Shown here: one piece after another, positions 1-9,317 of the stretch
Layout: every line of letters begins with the position of its first letter
Position numbering within the stretch: position 1 is the stretch's first letter
From: Paramicrosporidium saccamoebae KSL3
Taxonomy: Eukaryota > Fungi > Cryptomycota
Direction of reading: 5' to 3'
Assembly (NCBI GenBank): GCA_002794465.1
Contig: MTSL01000050.1
Span: forward strand, 75,087-107,086
DNA length: 32,000 nucleotides
Position numbers and translations under genes: made by a program
Notes under the pieces: model-generated
Database searches by the model: none
The model's input: only the letters and a program-made list of their open reading frames with translations
Told to the model about the DNA's origin: nothing

Positions 1-117
1 TGGCACATTTACTCGGCCGCTATGTATGTCAAGTCCATTGACATGACAGTCTTTTCTATTACATGGGCCCCACTCAATTGTAGGATTCAGAGCAGATAGT
101 ATGGGCTCATGGTCCAT
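1..117 (-). CDS. 5' end (39 codons) of a third S33-type alpha/beta-hydrolase paralogue, truncated by the window edge
   Basis: Manual translation from ATG at 117 gives MDHEPILSALNPTIEWGPCNRKDCHVNGLDIHSGRVNVP, colinear with the N-termini of the 542..2278 and 2716..4461 proteins. It shares their TAA-ATG start context and has CCCTGG 13 nt upstream. Confidence 0.9.
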   Translation of the reverse strand, partial: MDHEPILSALNPTIEWGPCNRKDCHVNGLDIHSGRVNVP

Positions 118-287
118 TTAACTCTGATGGCCAGGGATTTACCTCAAAAGGCGCTTCATAGACATTAATGGGAATGTGTCACATTCACAGAGTAGGGATA
201 AAGGGGTTTTAGCTGCCTCACAGCTTGAGTAAATCATCTGTCTTTTAATGACATTATTCGTAATATTCATCTTTGCCATTTTAGTGC

Positions 288-338
288 TATTAGGCAATGA
301 TGTACGCTACATGCAATATCCCAGGTGGCAGCACATGT
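288..338. promoter_or_regulatory. Conserved non-coding block upstream of a hydrolase paralogue (copy A, core CAGGTGGCA)
   Basis: Gapless 46/51 nt match to 2563..2613. The core CAGGTGGCA recurs at 4740..4748 upstream of the third paralogue. The regulatory role is inferred. Confidence 0.45.
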
Positions 339-541
339 CCGTCCCTGGGTCCCGGCGCTCGCTGATAATCAGAGAAAGTTGTTCAGTGCTATTAATCCGT
401 CCCGAAAAGCTCATTTAATTTGGTTTTACGTGCAGTCAAGTAGTAAATAATAGTGAACAGTCTTTTGTTGTTGTGTTTACAATGTCCAGGCTATCTATTA
501 TATTTGCCATGTAAGTATTATAAAATTGTCGCTGTACATAC

Positions 542-2278
542 TTAGAACAGGTCTTGGAATTTCAGAAGCAGCACTAGAATTGCTACAATGAAAAAAATAG
601 CCTCATTTTTCAAACTGAAGTATTCTTGATAAAACTCAGTAGCTGAGGCATAGCGGTGTATTAAATCCAACTCGGCAGATGAGGCATAACTTCCCATCTC
701 GCCAGCCTCTAGGAACACCGGTATAGAGTCCATGGATGGACTGTCCAAGTCATTTCTGTCGGACACACAGTCCCACATTTGTGCATACTTTCTATGACCG
801 GAAAAGGTCCAGTCCAACTTGTATGCCTCGTCAGTCTTATGCACACACGACTCGAAATCGAAGCCAGTGGATTTTCCAAAAAAAGCCTCCCACTCAAAAT
901 GGTCACGGCATTCTCCCCTGTATCCGCCACGATGGCCGCGATTGTCAAACAGCAGCCATTTCTTTGTCGGAGCGTCAATCGACTCAAAGAGGGACCATGC
1001 TGGCATGTAAGGGGTGACAAGGTCCATCTTGCTCGCCATCATATAGATTGAAGTTCTACGGGTAATGGCTGGACGCTCCTCGGAGAGCTTGCGACCCTTC
1101 AGGAACGGTTCCAGGAGTTTCCAGCCTTGGTAGTATGGTTCCAGATAATACACTTCCGGGTGTAGGTCTGTGTTATCAAAGAGTGGTTCGGGTACACCCC
1201 CTGAGAAATCCTGATAATCCACATCAAGACAAATAGCGTAATTCACTAAAGTATTACTGCGAGCATTACTTCCACCATCATCTCCTTGCGATGAAAGGAT
1301 CTCTAGTATGGGCTGCAAGACTTTGGTACGGTATTCTGCCGCATTCATGCAATTTTTGGTGGCCGTCAGGAATGGAAGCAAAAGCTGCTGTGACCTAAAG
1401 TTTTTATCTTTTTTCAGCTCGATTGAAGATTTACTCAGTAGCTTGTACAGCACCTTGACGATCTCGAGAGTACGCTCTCCCACTGTGCCCGTGAGCTTGA
1501 TCCCCAGGCTATCATGAAACATTTTGGTGCATTCGTTGTGATCCTCATTGCCCAGATTCAGAACCGCTAAATTCATAGACCCATAAACGTCGCCTCCCAT
1601 CTTGCGACGGCAAAACTCGTCTTTGGCACACATTTCAGCCAGGCCAACCAAGCTTCTTCTGTGCTCCACTCCTGAAATTGAAGGAACACCCCCGAGAAAG
1701 GCACTGTCAAATATGTTGGGAGTCAGTTGCACGATATGATGGGCCCATTGAGCACCATACGAAAACCCGTGCAAAACAAGCCGAGCTGAGATGCCCATTT
1801 CTGTTCGTATCGCTATGGCAAGGACCGACACGTCTAACGCTGCATTAGTCATTATAAGATCTCGAATGTCAAAAGCTTTGCCCTCAAATGCTTCTGAAAG
1901 TATATCATGACTATCCCTTGATACGTCTCCCACTGCTGAGAACTCCCCTGAGCAGCCTAGCCCTCTGTGGTCAACAAGATATGCAGCGACAGATTCGCCA
2001 TACCCTTTAGCCAGCCGAATCGCATGCTGTCGTTCTCTTTCCCCGCCGTAGCCAGGACCACCGGCGAGAAGAATTACATGGGCTTCTGGGTGACTATCAG
2101 GGTTGATGTATCGTGCGACGTGCAACGAAAAACGCTTTCCCTGTGGCTTGTCGTAGTCTGACAGTACATCCAATTTGCCACTACGTACATCAAGTCCCTC
2201 GAAAAGCCAGTCCTTTTCACTGGGTGGCCCCCACTCCACTAGAGGATTCAAGGCAGATAATTTGAGCTCGTACCCCAT
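542..2278 (-). CDS. Alpha/beta-hydrolase, peptidase S33 / TAP-like family, C-terminal hydrophobic tail (578 aa)
   Basis: Motifs: LAGGPG oxyanion region, YLVDHRGLG, nucleophile elbow GFSYG, Asp in SKMDLVTP, His in DNRGHRG. C-terminal tail AIFFIVAILVLLLKFQDLF. Confidence 0.85.
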   Translation of the reverse strand: MGYELKLSALNPLVEWGPPSEKDWLFEGLDVRSGKLDVLSDYDKPQGKRFSLHVARYINPDSHPEAHVILLAGGPGYGGERERQHAIRLAKGYGESVAAYLVDHRGLGCSGEFSAVGDVSRDSHDILSEAFEGKAFDIRDLIMTNAALDVSVLAIAIRTEMGISARLVLHGFSYGAQWAHHIVQLTPNIFDSAFLGGVPSISGVEHRRSLVGLAEMCAKDEFCRRKMGGDVYGSMNLAVLNLGNEDHNECTKMFHDSLGIKLTGTVGERTLEIVKVLYKLLSKSSIELKKDKNFRSQQLLLPFLTATKNCMNAAEYRTKVLQPILEILSSQGDDGGSNARSNTLVNYAICLDVDYQDFSGGVPEPLFDNTDLHPEVYYLEPYYQGWKLLEPFLKGRKLSEERPAITRRTSIYMMASKMDLVTPYMPAWSLFESIDAPTKKWLLFDNRGHRGGYRGECRDHFEWEAFFGKSTGFDFESCVHKTDEAYKLDWTFSGHRKYAQMWDCVSDRNDLDSPSMDSIPVFLEAGEMGSYASSAELDLIHRYASATEFYQEYFSLKNEAIFFIVAILVLLLKFQDLF

Positions 2279-2562
2279 TTAACCCCGATGACCAGGGATC
2301 TATTTCGCGGGGCGCTTACTAAATATTAACACGAAAGAGTGTATTAAATTTACAGAATAGTGGTAAAGAGCCTTTCCTAAACGCCTTAACTTGAATGAAT
2401 CTTTCTATCAATTGGACTACCGGTTCTTTGTCTCGTTATTAATCATGGTCACCAGTCTTCTTGTAATGTTCTATCTTTTGTTTACTTCCACTTTCGCAGT
2501 CAACAACTGTTTCTGAGCGGCCTCGTTAATAACGTTCATCCTTCTGTTTGCCATCAGAGTAT

Positions 2563-2613
2563 TATTAGGTAATGATGCACGCTATTTGCAATATTCCAGG
2601 TGGCAGCACATGT
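2563..2613. promoter_or_regulatory. Conserved non-coding block upstream of a hydrolase paralogue (copy B)
   Basis: 46/51 nt identical to 288..338, with CAGGTGGCA at 2597..2605. Confidence 0.45.
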
Positions 2614-2715
2614 GATCGAAATGATGGTGAACCATCTCTTGTTGCTTTGCTCACAGTCTCTAGGCTATCTATTAGGTTTGCCATGCAGATATTATAAAAT
2701 TGTCGCCGCACATAC

Positions 2716-4461
2716 TTAGAACAAGCCTTGGAATTTCAGAAGTAGCGCTATAATTACCGTGAGAATCATAGCCGTATTGCTGAAAATGCGGTATTCCCGA
2801 TACAACTCGGTAGCCAAAGTATAGCGATATATTTGATTCAACTCGGCGAAGGAAGCATTGAGGCCCAACTCACCAATCTCTAAAAACACCGGTACAGGGT
2901 TTATGAGTGGACCGTCCAAGTCATTTCTGCCAGGTACACAGTCCCACATCTGTGCATACTTGTCATGCTTGGAAAAGGTCCAGTCCAACTCGTATTTCTT
3001 GTCAGTCCTACGCACGCATGACTCGAAATCAAAGCCGGTGTATTTCCCAAAAAGAGCCTCCCACTCGAAATGGTCATGGCACTCTCCCCAATACCCATCA
3101 TGATCCCGGTTGTCAAACAACAGCCATTTCTTTGTAGGAGCACTGACCAAGTTGAACAGGGACCAGGCTGGCGTGTAAGAGGTGACAAAGTCCATCTTAC
3201 TCGCCATCACATAGATGGCAGTCTTGTGAGTAATGGCTGGATGCTCCTCGGAGAGCTTGCGATCCGTCAGAAACGAACTTAGGAGCCCCCATTCCTGGTA
3301 ATAAAGTTTCTGATAAAACACTCTTGGGTGTAGGTCTGTGTGGTCGGAGAGTGGTTCAGGTACGCCCTTGGGGAAGTCCTGATAATCAATATCAAGCCGA
3401 ACAACACAATTCACTATATCATTCCATTCATAAAGACTGTGGTCATTAGGTGAATGAATATTTGCTCCTTGCGATGAAAGGGTCTCTAATATTGGCTGTA
3501 AGACTTTGATATGGTGTTCTTCCGCATCAGTGCACCTTTCGGTGGCCATCAGAAGCGGGAGCAAAAGCTGCTGTGACCTGAAATTATTGCTTCCGTGCAG
3601 TTCTTTGAAAGAATTTGTCAGCAGTTCATACAGCGCCTCAACGATCGTGAGAGCACGCTCTCCCACTGTGCCCGTTGGTCTGATGTCCAGACTGTCATGA
3701 AACATCTTGGTACATTCATTGTAATCCTCATTGCCCAGATTCAGAACCGCTAAATTCATAGACTCATAAACGTCGCCTCCCACCTTGCTGCGACAAAACT
3801 CGTCTTTGGCACACATTTCAGCCAGGCCGATCAAACTGTCTTTGTGCCCCACTCCTTTAATTGGAGACACACCTCCAAGAAAAGCACTGTCAAATATGTT
3901 GGGAGTCAGCTGCACAACATGATGGGCCCACCTGGCACCATATGAAAACCCTCGCAACACAATTCGGGCCGAGGTGTCTAATTCCGATCGTATTGCTATG
4001 GCGAGCATGGACACATCTAACGCCGCGTTAGTCATGGTCAGATCTCGAATGTCAAAAGCACTGCCCTCAAATGCCTTTGAAAGTGTAGCATTACTAGTCT
4101 TTGATAAAGCCCCGTCCAACAGAAACTTTCCTGAGCCACCCAGGCCTCTGTGGTCAACAAGATACGCAGCGACAGATTCGCCATACTTTGCAACCAGCCT
4201 AATCGCATTATTTTGCTGTGTCTCCCCGCCGCGACCAGGACCACCGGCAAGGATAATTACATGGACCTTCGGGTGACTACCAGGTTTGGTGTAGCGTTCG
4301 ACGTACAGTGAAAATCGTGTTTTTAGTGGTTCACCATAATCTGACGGTACATTTACTCTGCCGCTCTGTATGTCAAGTCCATTGAAATAACAGTCTTTTT
4401 TAGTGCATGGTCCCCACTTAACTGTAGGATTCAAGGCAGATAACTCGAGCTCGCGCCCCAT
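2716..4461 (-). CDS. Alpha/beta-hydrolase, peptidase S33 / TAP-like family, tandem paralogue (581 aa)
   Basis: Colinear with 542..2278. Motifs LAGGPG, YLVDHRGLG, GFSYG, SKMDFVT, DNRDHDG, and hydrophobic tail AMILTVIIALLLKFQGLF. Confidence 0.85.
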   Translation of the reverse strand: MGRELELSALNPTVKWGPCTKKDCYFNGLDIQSGRVNVPSDYGEPLKTRFSLYVERYTKPGSHPKVHVIILAGGPGRGGETQQNNAIRLVAKYGESVAAYLVDHRGLGGSGKFLLDGALSKTSNATLSKAFEGSAFDIRDLTMTNAALDVSMLAIAIRSELDTSARIVLRGFSYGARWAHHVVQLTPNIFDSAFLGGVSPIKGVGHKDSLIGLAEMCAKDEFCRSKVGGDVYESMNLAVLNLGNEDYNECTKMFHDSLDIRPTGTVGERALTIVEALYELLTNSFKELHGSNNFRSQQLLLPLLMATERCTDAEEHHIKVLQPILETLSSQGANIHSPNDHSLYEWNDIVNCVVRLDIDYQDFPKGVPEPLSDHTDLHPRVFYQKLYYQEWGLLSSFLTDRKLSEEHPAITHKTAIYVMASKMDFVTSYTPAWSLFNLVSAPTKKWLLFDNRDHDGYWGECHDHFEWEALFGKYTGFDFESCVRRTDKKYELDWTFSKHDKYAQMWDCVPGRNDLDGPLINPVPVFLEIGELGLNASFAELNQIYRYTLATELYREYRIFSNTAMILTVIIALLLKFQGLF

Positions 4462-5013
4462 TTAGCTTCGATGGCCAGGGATTTATTTCAAAGGCATTCC
4501 ATAAGAACTAATGCGAAAGAATTGTATCCACAGAGTAAGACAAAGGGTCTTAGCTATAGACTTTACAGTTCTAATGCATTATTAATTTTGGGACGACTAG
4601 GCAGCCTTCCCGTTCCAAGAGGAATTCCAAGTGCTTCCTGTGTGGATGTGTATAAATTAATTTATTGAATCGCATCTTTAGTTTGATGAGGCATCCTAAT
4701 ATCGCGTGGCTGGGGCAAAGCCACGTATACGTGCCTTGTCAGGTGGCAAGAAAACTCTTACTATTACTATTACTCTTACTCTCAATAAAATCATACTCCT
4801 ATAGTCTTTTCAGGTCGGAGATGAGATCTGTACTTTTGACTGGCCAGCTTCAACTTTTCGGTTTCAAACGTTTCACTCTGAATAAATAACCTGCTGGCCA
4901 GGACATTACATTAATGGAATTATTGTTCAGTATACCCTCTGGTGCACATAAACCCGACCATTTATCTATTTTATTTACAGTTACCAATCTTGCCCGTAAT
5001 GCCAAGAGCCTAC

Positions 5014-5883
5014 CTAGCTCTGCAAGTTGAGAGCGCTCAGCTGTGCTTGGTAGAGTTCACGGAGATCGGCAAGATCTGATTCGAGGCAAAAAATACAATC
5101 CTGTTGTTCGCCGACTGTCTGCAGAGCGACTTCAAAACGTTCCTCCAAATCTGCCAGCTTGCCTTGAACAGTGTCGGGATCACGAAGTTTACTATGTAGC
5201 TCTTGCAACTGATCTTGAAGACTTTTAATGGTTTTCATTAGACTGCTTCGCTGATCTTGCCAATATTCAGATTCGACACTTGTTGCCGGTTCGGGCGCTT
5301 CCGGAAGAGTAGTTACTGTTTCAACGGGTAATGCACAAGTCTCCAGAGATCTCACCCGCAAATCTTCGGTCAGCTTTTGATTTCTTGCCTTTTGCAAGGA
5401 TAAATCAGTGCGAGTCTTTTCAAGAAGCTCAAAGAGTCTTTGCTTCGAAGCCCGTTCCTTTTCCAAAGCGCTCTCGTAATGGCATCTGACTTCTGTAATT
5501 TCTTTTTCGTGCTCATTGCTGATCCGCTCTAAGTGACTACCACTTTCTGCCAACTGACGTGTCAAGTGCAAGACCTTTCGTGACATTTCCTCCAACTCCA
5601 ATTTTAGTGGCGTCATTGCTACTGCATATTGTCGTTCCGTCAGTCGTGCCCTGCTCTCTGTCTCTCTCACTACTGTCCAGTCCGGTCCGTCCGGTGCACG
5701 TTCCACTGGGTCTGTCTCGACACATTGGTCGACTTTGCCGCTCGTTGACATGCCGCCCATTGCCAGACCGCCAAGGTCGAGGGAATCAAAACGGGACTCT
5801 ACATTTGCAAATGCCTGCTTCAGCATCCCTCCCCATTTTCGACGAGTCTCGGGCGTGTCAATGGACTCTAACAAATTTTGCAT
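5014..5883 (-). CDS. TMF1: TMF1/Sgm1-like Golgi coiled-coil protein (289 aa, short)
   Basis: N-terminal WGGMLKQAFANVESRFD resembles the conserved fungal Sgm1/TMF N-terminus. C-terminal ERFEVALQTVGEQQDCIFCLESDLADLRELYQAQL matches the TMF_TATA_bd-type end. The middle is coiled coil. Confidence 0.7.
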   Translation of the reverse strand: MQNLLESIDTPETRRKWGGMLKQAFANVESRFDSLDLGGLAMGGMSTSGKVDQCVETDPVERAPDGPDWTVVRETESRARLTERQYAVAMTPLKLELEEMSRKVLHLTRQLAESGSHLERISNEHEKEITEVRCHYESALEKERASKQRLFELLEKTRTDLSLQKARNQKLTEDLRVRSLETCALPVETVTTLPEAPEPATSVESEYWQDQRSSLMKTIKSLQDQLQELHSKLRDPDTVQGKLADLEERFEVALQTVGEQQDCIFCLESDLADLRELYQAQLSALNLQS

Positions 5884-5932
5884 CTTGGCTGTAAATTACA
5901 ACACACCGTCCAATTAAGGAAACATTTAGCTT

Positions 5933-7614
5933 TTAATAGCGACGATGGTACAGGACAAGTCGTTCGTAGTGATCCTTTCGTTTTTTGGTCGGCACAACGA
6001 TTCCAACCAGTTGCAGTTCGTGAGCTGACCTCAGGAAGCGCAATATTAAATCAGATTCGGCCTCTTTGCGGTGTGGATCAACGACTTGACGGAAGCTGAT
6101 GAACCAGTCCAATGTGTTGATGAGCCTTCCACATTCCGAGGCTAATCGATAGGTCAGGCTCGTATCGGGACGTCTTGTATCAGCATTCTTGACAATTGTG
6201 CCATTTAAATAGAATTCGGGATGAGTCAGGGCCAGCTGCACTGACTCGCAAATTTTGGGCGAGGTTAGTTTTATGGTTGAGCGTCCCAGAGGAAGTAGTA
6301 ATATCTCGTAGAGAGGTACCAGGTCCCACTTTTCAGGCATCATCCGATCCACCCACTCTGAAATGACGTCAATGCAATCTGGAAGCACCGAATCTGATGC
6401 GGCCAAAAGGTCTTTCACAAAGGGGCACTGTAAATCAAGACTCTTTCTGAATGCAGACAACTTTCGGGCCAATTCTTCGGGATCATCGTTTGCCCTAATC
6501 TTTCGTGCAAGTGTGTCAAACCACGAGTGCTGCCGTTGTTTAATAAACAAAAGCCCCGTCAAAAGGTCTGCAGTCTCGCATAGACCCTTACCAAACAATT
6601 CACAAAGGGTGACCAAAACCCGAAATACGGCAGCAAGTCTGCGAACAGCCGTCTTGGCATCGCAAACAAGTGCATTGCACAGCTCTTTCAACTCTTTTTT
6701 GTCTTCCAAATTAATTTCCACCATGAGGCTTTCAAGACCTCGCCGGAATGACGGCACGCTGGCACATAATTCAACATTTCGTTCTACATGGCTCCATTCC
6801 ATGAGCGACAGACCTAGTAGGTTCTTGATGGAATTGCGTGGATTTAGAGATTGGCAAGACAAATCCTGCAATCTGCTAATCAGATCTGCCGAGGGGATAA
6901 TTTCCAGGCTGAGCAGTTCGCAGACAATCTCTGCCAAGATATTCATGGGGGGCCGAGAGGAGACTGCACTATGATTAAGAGACATTTGCAAGGGCAGTGG
7001 TAGGCGTGTCAGAAAGCCAATGTCATCGACTACCCACCCAACTTGACCCATCGTTCCCATCATTGTGTATAGTCTCTGGAACGCCAACGCCGGCATTAGA
7101 TGAGCGTCACTAATAAATAGCCCCAATGTACGAATCCCCTTTTGTTCAAAATAGGTCTGAAGCTCTGCAATGTCCCATGCGGCGGGACAGCCCGTGTTCT
7201 CGGCTATAATTTTAAAGACACTCTGTGCGCTAACGGGGAGAGTCAGTGACATTCTCACCAGTGCCGTCTGTTCGTCGATCAGATTCTGCGCCGACTCGAA
7301 TGTCATGGCCATGTCTGAATATTAGAAAGACTGACTGGATACCGCAGGAAGGCATATCAAGAAAGATTTGTCCCCGTGAGTCGTAAATTGTGTGCAATAG
7401 CCGTTCCGCAAATAAATGCTGGGACTCGTTATACAAATCCTAAAATCATTCAGAATAATAGTGACAAATACATCGACAACCCCATTCACATGCGAAATTA
7501 GCCTGAGAGCGGCATCTTGTTTGACGGTGTGCGTAGAGTGTTGCTTCCCTATAAATTACGGCCAAGTGAATAATGCACACCCTTTCTCGGTGGTCGATAT
7601 GACACTGCCGTCAT
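5933..7614 (-). CDS. ORC3: Origin recognition complex subunit 3; exons 7614-7581, 7548-7472, 7439-7343, 7314-5933 (529 aa)
   Basis: C-terminal winged helix PDTSLTYRLASECGRLINTLDWF...RFLRSAHELQLVGIVVPTKKRKDH is the ORC3 signature. Three GT-AG introns (32, 32, 28 nt) join four exons in frame (1590 nt). Exon 1 is the least certain. Confidence 0.85.
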
Positions 7615-7742
7615 GTCAACGTCAAAATTCAACAAAATGTTTTATTATGTGATTTACAATACGGGCTATAGGGAACTGTTCACTACCAACTGACGTATCT
7701 GTTAATGGGTGAACCTACTTTTATTAAAGCATATGACTTCTT

Positions 7743-7800
7743 TGTCGCGTAGTGGGTTTCCGCATGACTTGGGTCGTGGTATTATCCCCACTACACGACA
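7743..7800. repeat. Inverted repeat / hairpin made of two copies of the dispersed TGTCGCGTAGTGGG element
   Basis: Arms 7743-7756 (tgtcgcgtagtggg) and 7787-7800 (cccactacacgaca) pair at 13/14 positions. The mismatch is a G-U pair on the minus strand. Confidence 0.8.
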
Positions 7801-7803
7801 TAT

Positions 7804-9250
7804 TTATGACAAACACGGGGTGTATATTGACAGAATTGAGGGTACAGATTCAAAGTAAATGTTTCCAGGTGAAACTAGCTCACCATCAACATCCAGTTTG
7901 ATACCTTCATATTCTCGAAAGAGAAGCTGGCATGCGCGTACCTTGCCGTGCCAACACCGTTCCGGATCGTCATGTAGAGAGGCAATGTCGTCATTGGCCA
8001 TTGCCTTTAACAACGTCGTTCTTGTAATTGAGACGTGTTTTGGTATCGTTATCACATCAATTGCATCTGTTTCACTTATCATGAACCGCGACGCGGGCAC
8101 TTTAAGGTCGAGCCATGCATGCTTAGTGGCCAAGAACGAGTGATATGCCGCCTCGGGTAGTCTTTTTATCGTGGGATTGTCTTGAGTGAACATGTGCTTA
8201 TACCGTGCTGTGATCATCTCGCTCTGATTGTCACTGGGAGGGATGCTGGGCGTCTCTGTATCGAGATATTCAATGACGGCATGGTACGTCTTGAATCTAA
8301 AAATCTGATATAGGGCTGAAAAGACCATCCGACATCTCCCACAACATCGACATCCATCTCCTCCAAGGTCCAAATCGGCAATCAGTCCCCAGAAGAATGC
8401 AAAGTGACCGTAAAATCGATGACCATTCTGTTCAAACAGCATGGCGTCAAAAGCAGCCTTTTTACCACGCAAAATAGAGTAACATGCATAAACGGGATCA
8501 GAAAGACCTATACTCCGGGCCACGGCATTACTGGTTCCGCACGGCATAATGCCAATCGGAAGATCTTTGGTGCTCTGCCAATCGGATCTCGAAAGCAATC
8601 CATTAATTACTTCATGTAGTAGCCCGTCACCTCCAACAACCATGAGCGACCCATAGATTTCCATGTCGATTTGCGAGGCCAGCATGTGGGCATGATGCTG
8701 GTGCTCGGTGAGAAACAGTTCATGGGGGATCTGTGCAGCATTAAACATGGACTCTACCACCCTTTCATAAGTCTTTAGAGCCGTCTTGTTTCCGCCCACA
8801 GGATTAAGGATTACGCAAACTTTTCGCTTCCCCCCCAAATTATCTTCCATAGTATTGTTGATGAGGTTGTACAAGACCCCCAATTCCGAGAGGTCCCTTC
8901 CCTCAATTACAATTTGATGAGGTTTAGCCTTTACGTAGGGATCAACTTGAGTGAATTCAATATAGAATACACTTAGTTTTCTCGAGTTGGAGTCAAAATT
9001 AAGAGCATAAATACTTGTCAACAGTACTAAAGGTAAGCATGGTAGAGGATGTACGTCCGTCCTGAGAAAAGCTGCGTGGATGGCAAGCTCTCCCACCCTT
9101 CTCCAACACCAATCTGCCCGCCCTCACTCCCACCTGACAGTCAGCATGTTTCCATCGCCCTTGCTGGATAAACAGAGCCTCCACCATCCAGGGATAAGAC
9201 GGAAATGGATATTGCCGTAGATGTGGACCAATGGCATGATCCGCGGACAT
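7804..9250 (-). CDS. Sphingosine / long-chain-base kinase (LCB4/LCB5/SPHK-like); exons 9250-9055, 9026-7804 (472 aa)
   Basis: DAGK-type catalytic motifs VILNPVGG, VVGGDGLLHEVINGL, IGIMPCGTSNAVA, LDVDGE. A 28-nt intron GTACAT...CTTACCTTTAG (9054-9027) joins ATG 9250 in frame. Confidence 0.9.
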
Positions 9251-9317
9251 TAGATTTTTCCAGCAAACCGGGCCTTGCCTATTTAAGTGAGCGGAAAGCC
9301 CGGACGCAGTACTAGAA
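9251..9317. promoter_or_regulatory. 67-nt bidirectional promoter between the LCB kinase and HSP60
   Basis: Symmetric layout: GCCCGG on the minus strand (9268-9273) 17 nt before the kinase ATG, TATTTAA at 9280-9286, and GCCCGG on the plus strand (9298-9303) 14 nt before the HSP60 ATG. Confidence 0.6.

Noticed and set aside
320-333. CTCF-like sequence CCAGGTGGCAGCA
   Set aside because: CTCF is a bilaterian-animal protein and nothing else here is metazoan. It is treated only as an unassigned conserved core.
8972-9014. Alternative LCB-kinase intron starting at 9014 with a GAG or AAG acceptor
   Set aside because: A canonical 28-nt GTACAT...TTTAG intron (9054-9027) restores the frame and matches the other introns better.
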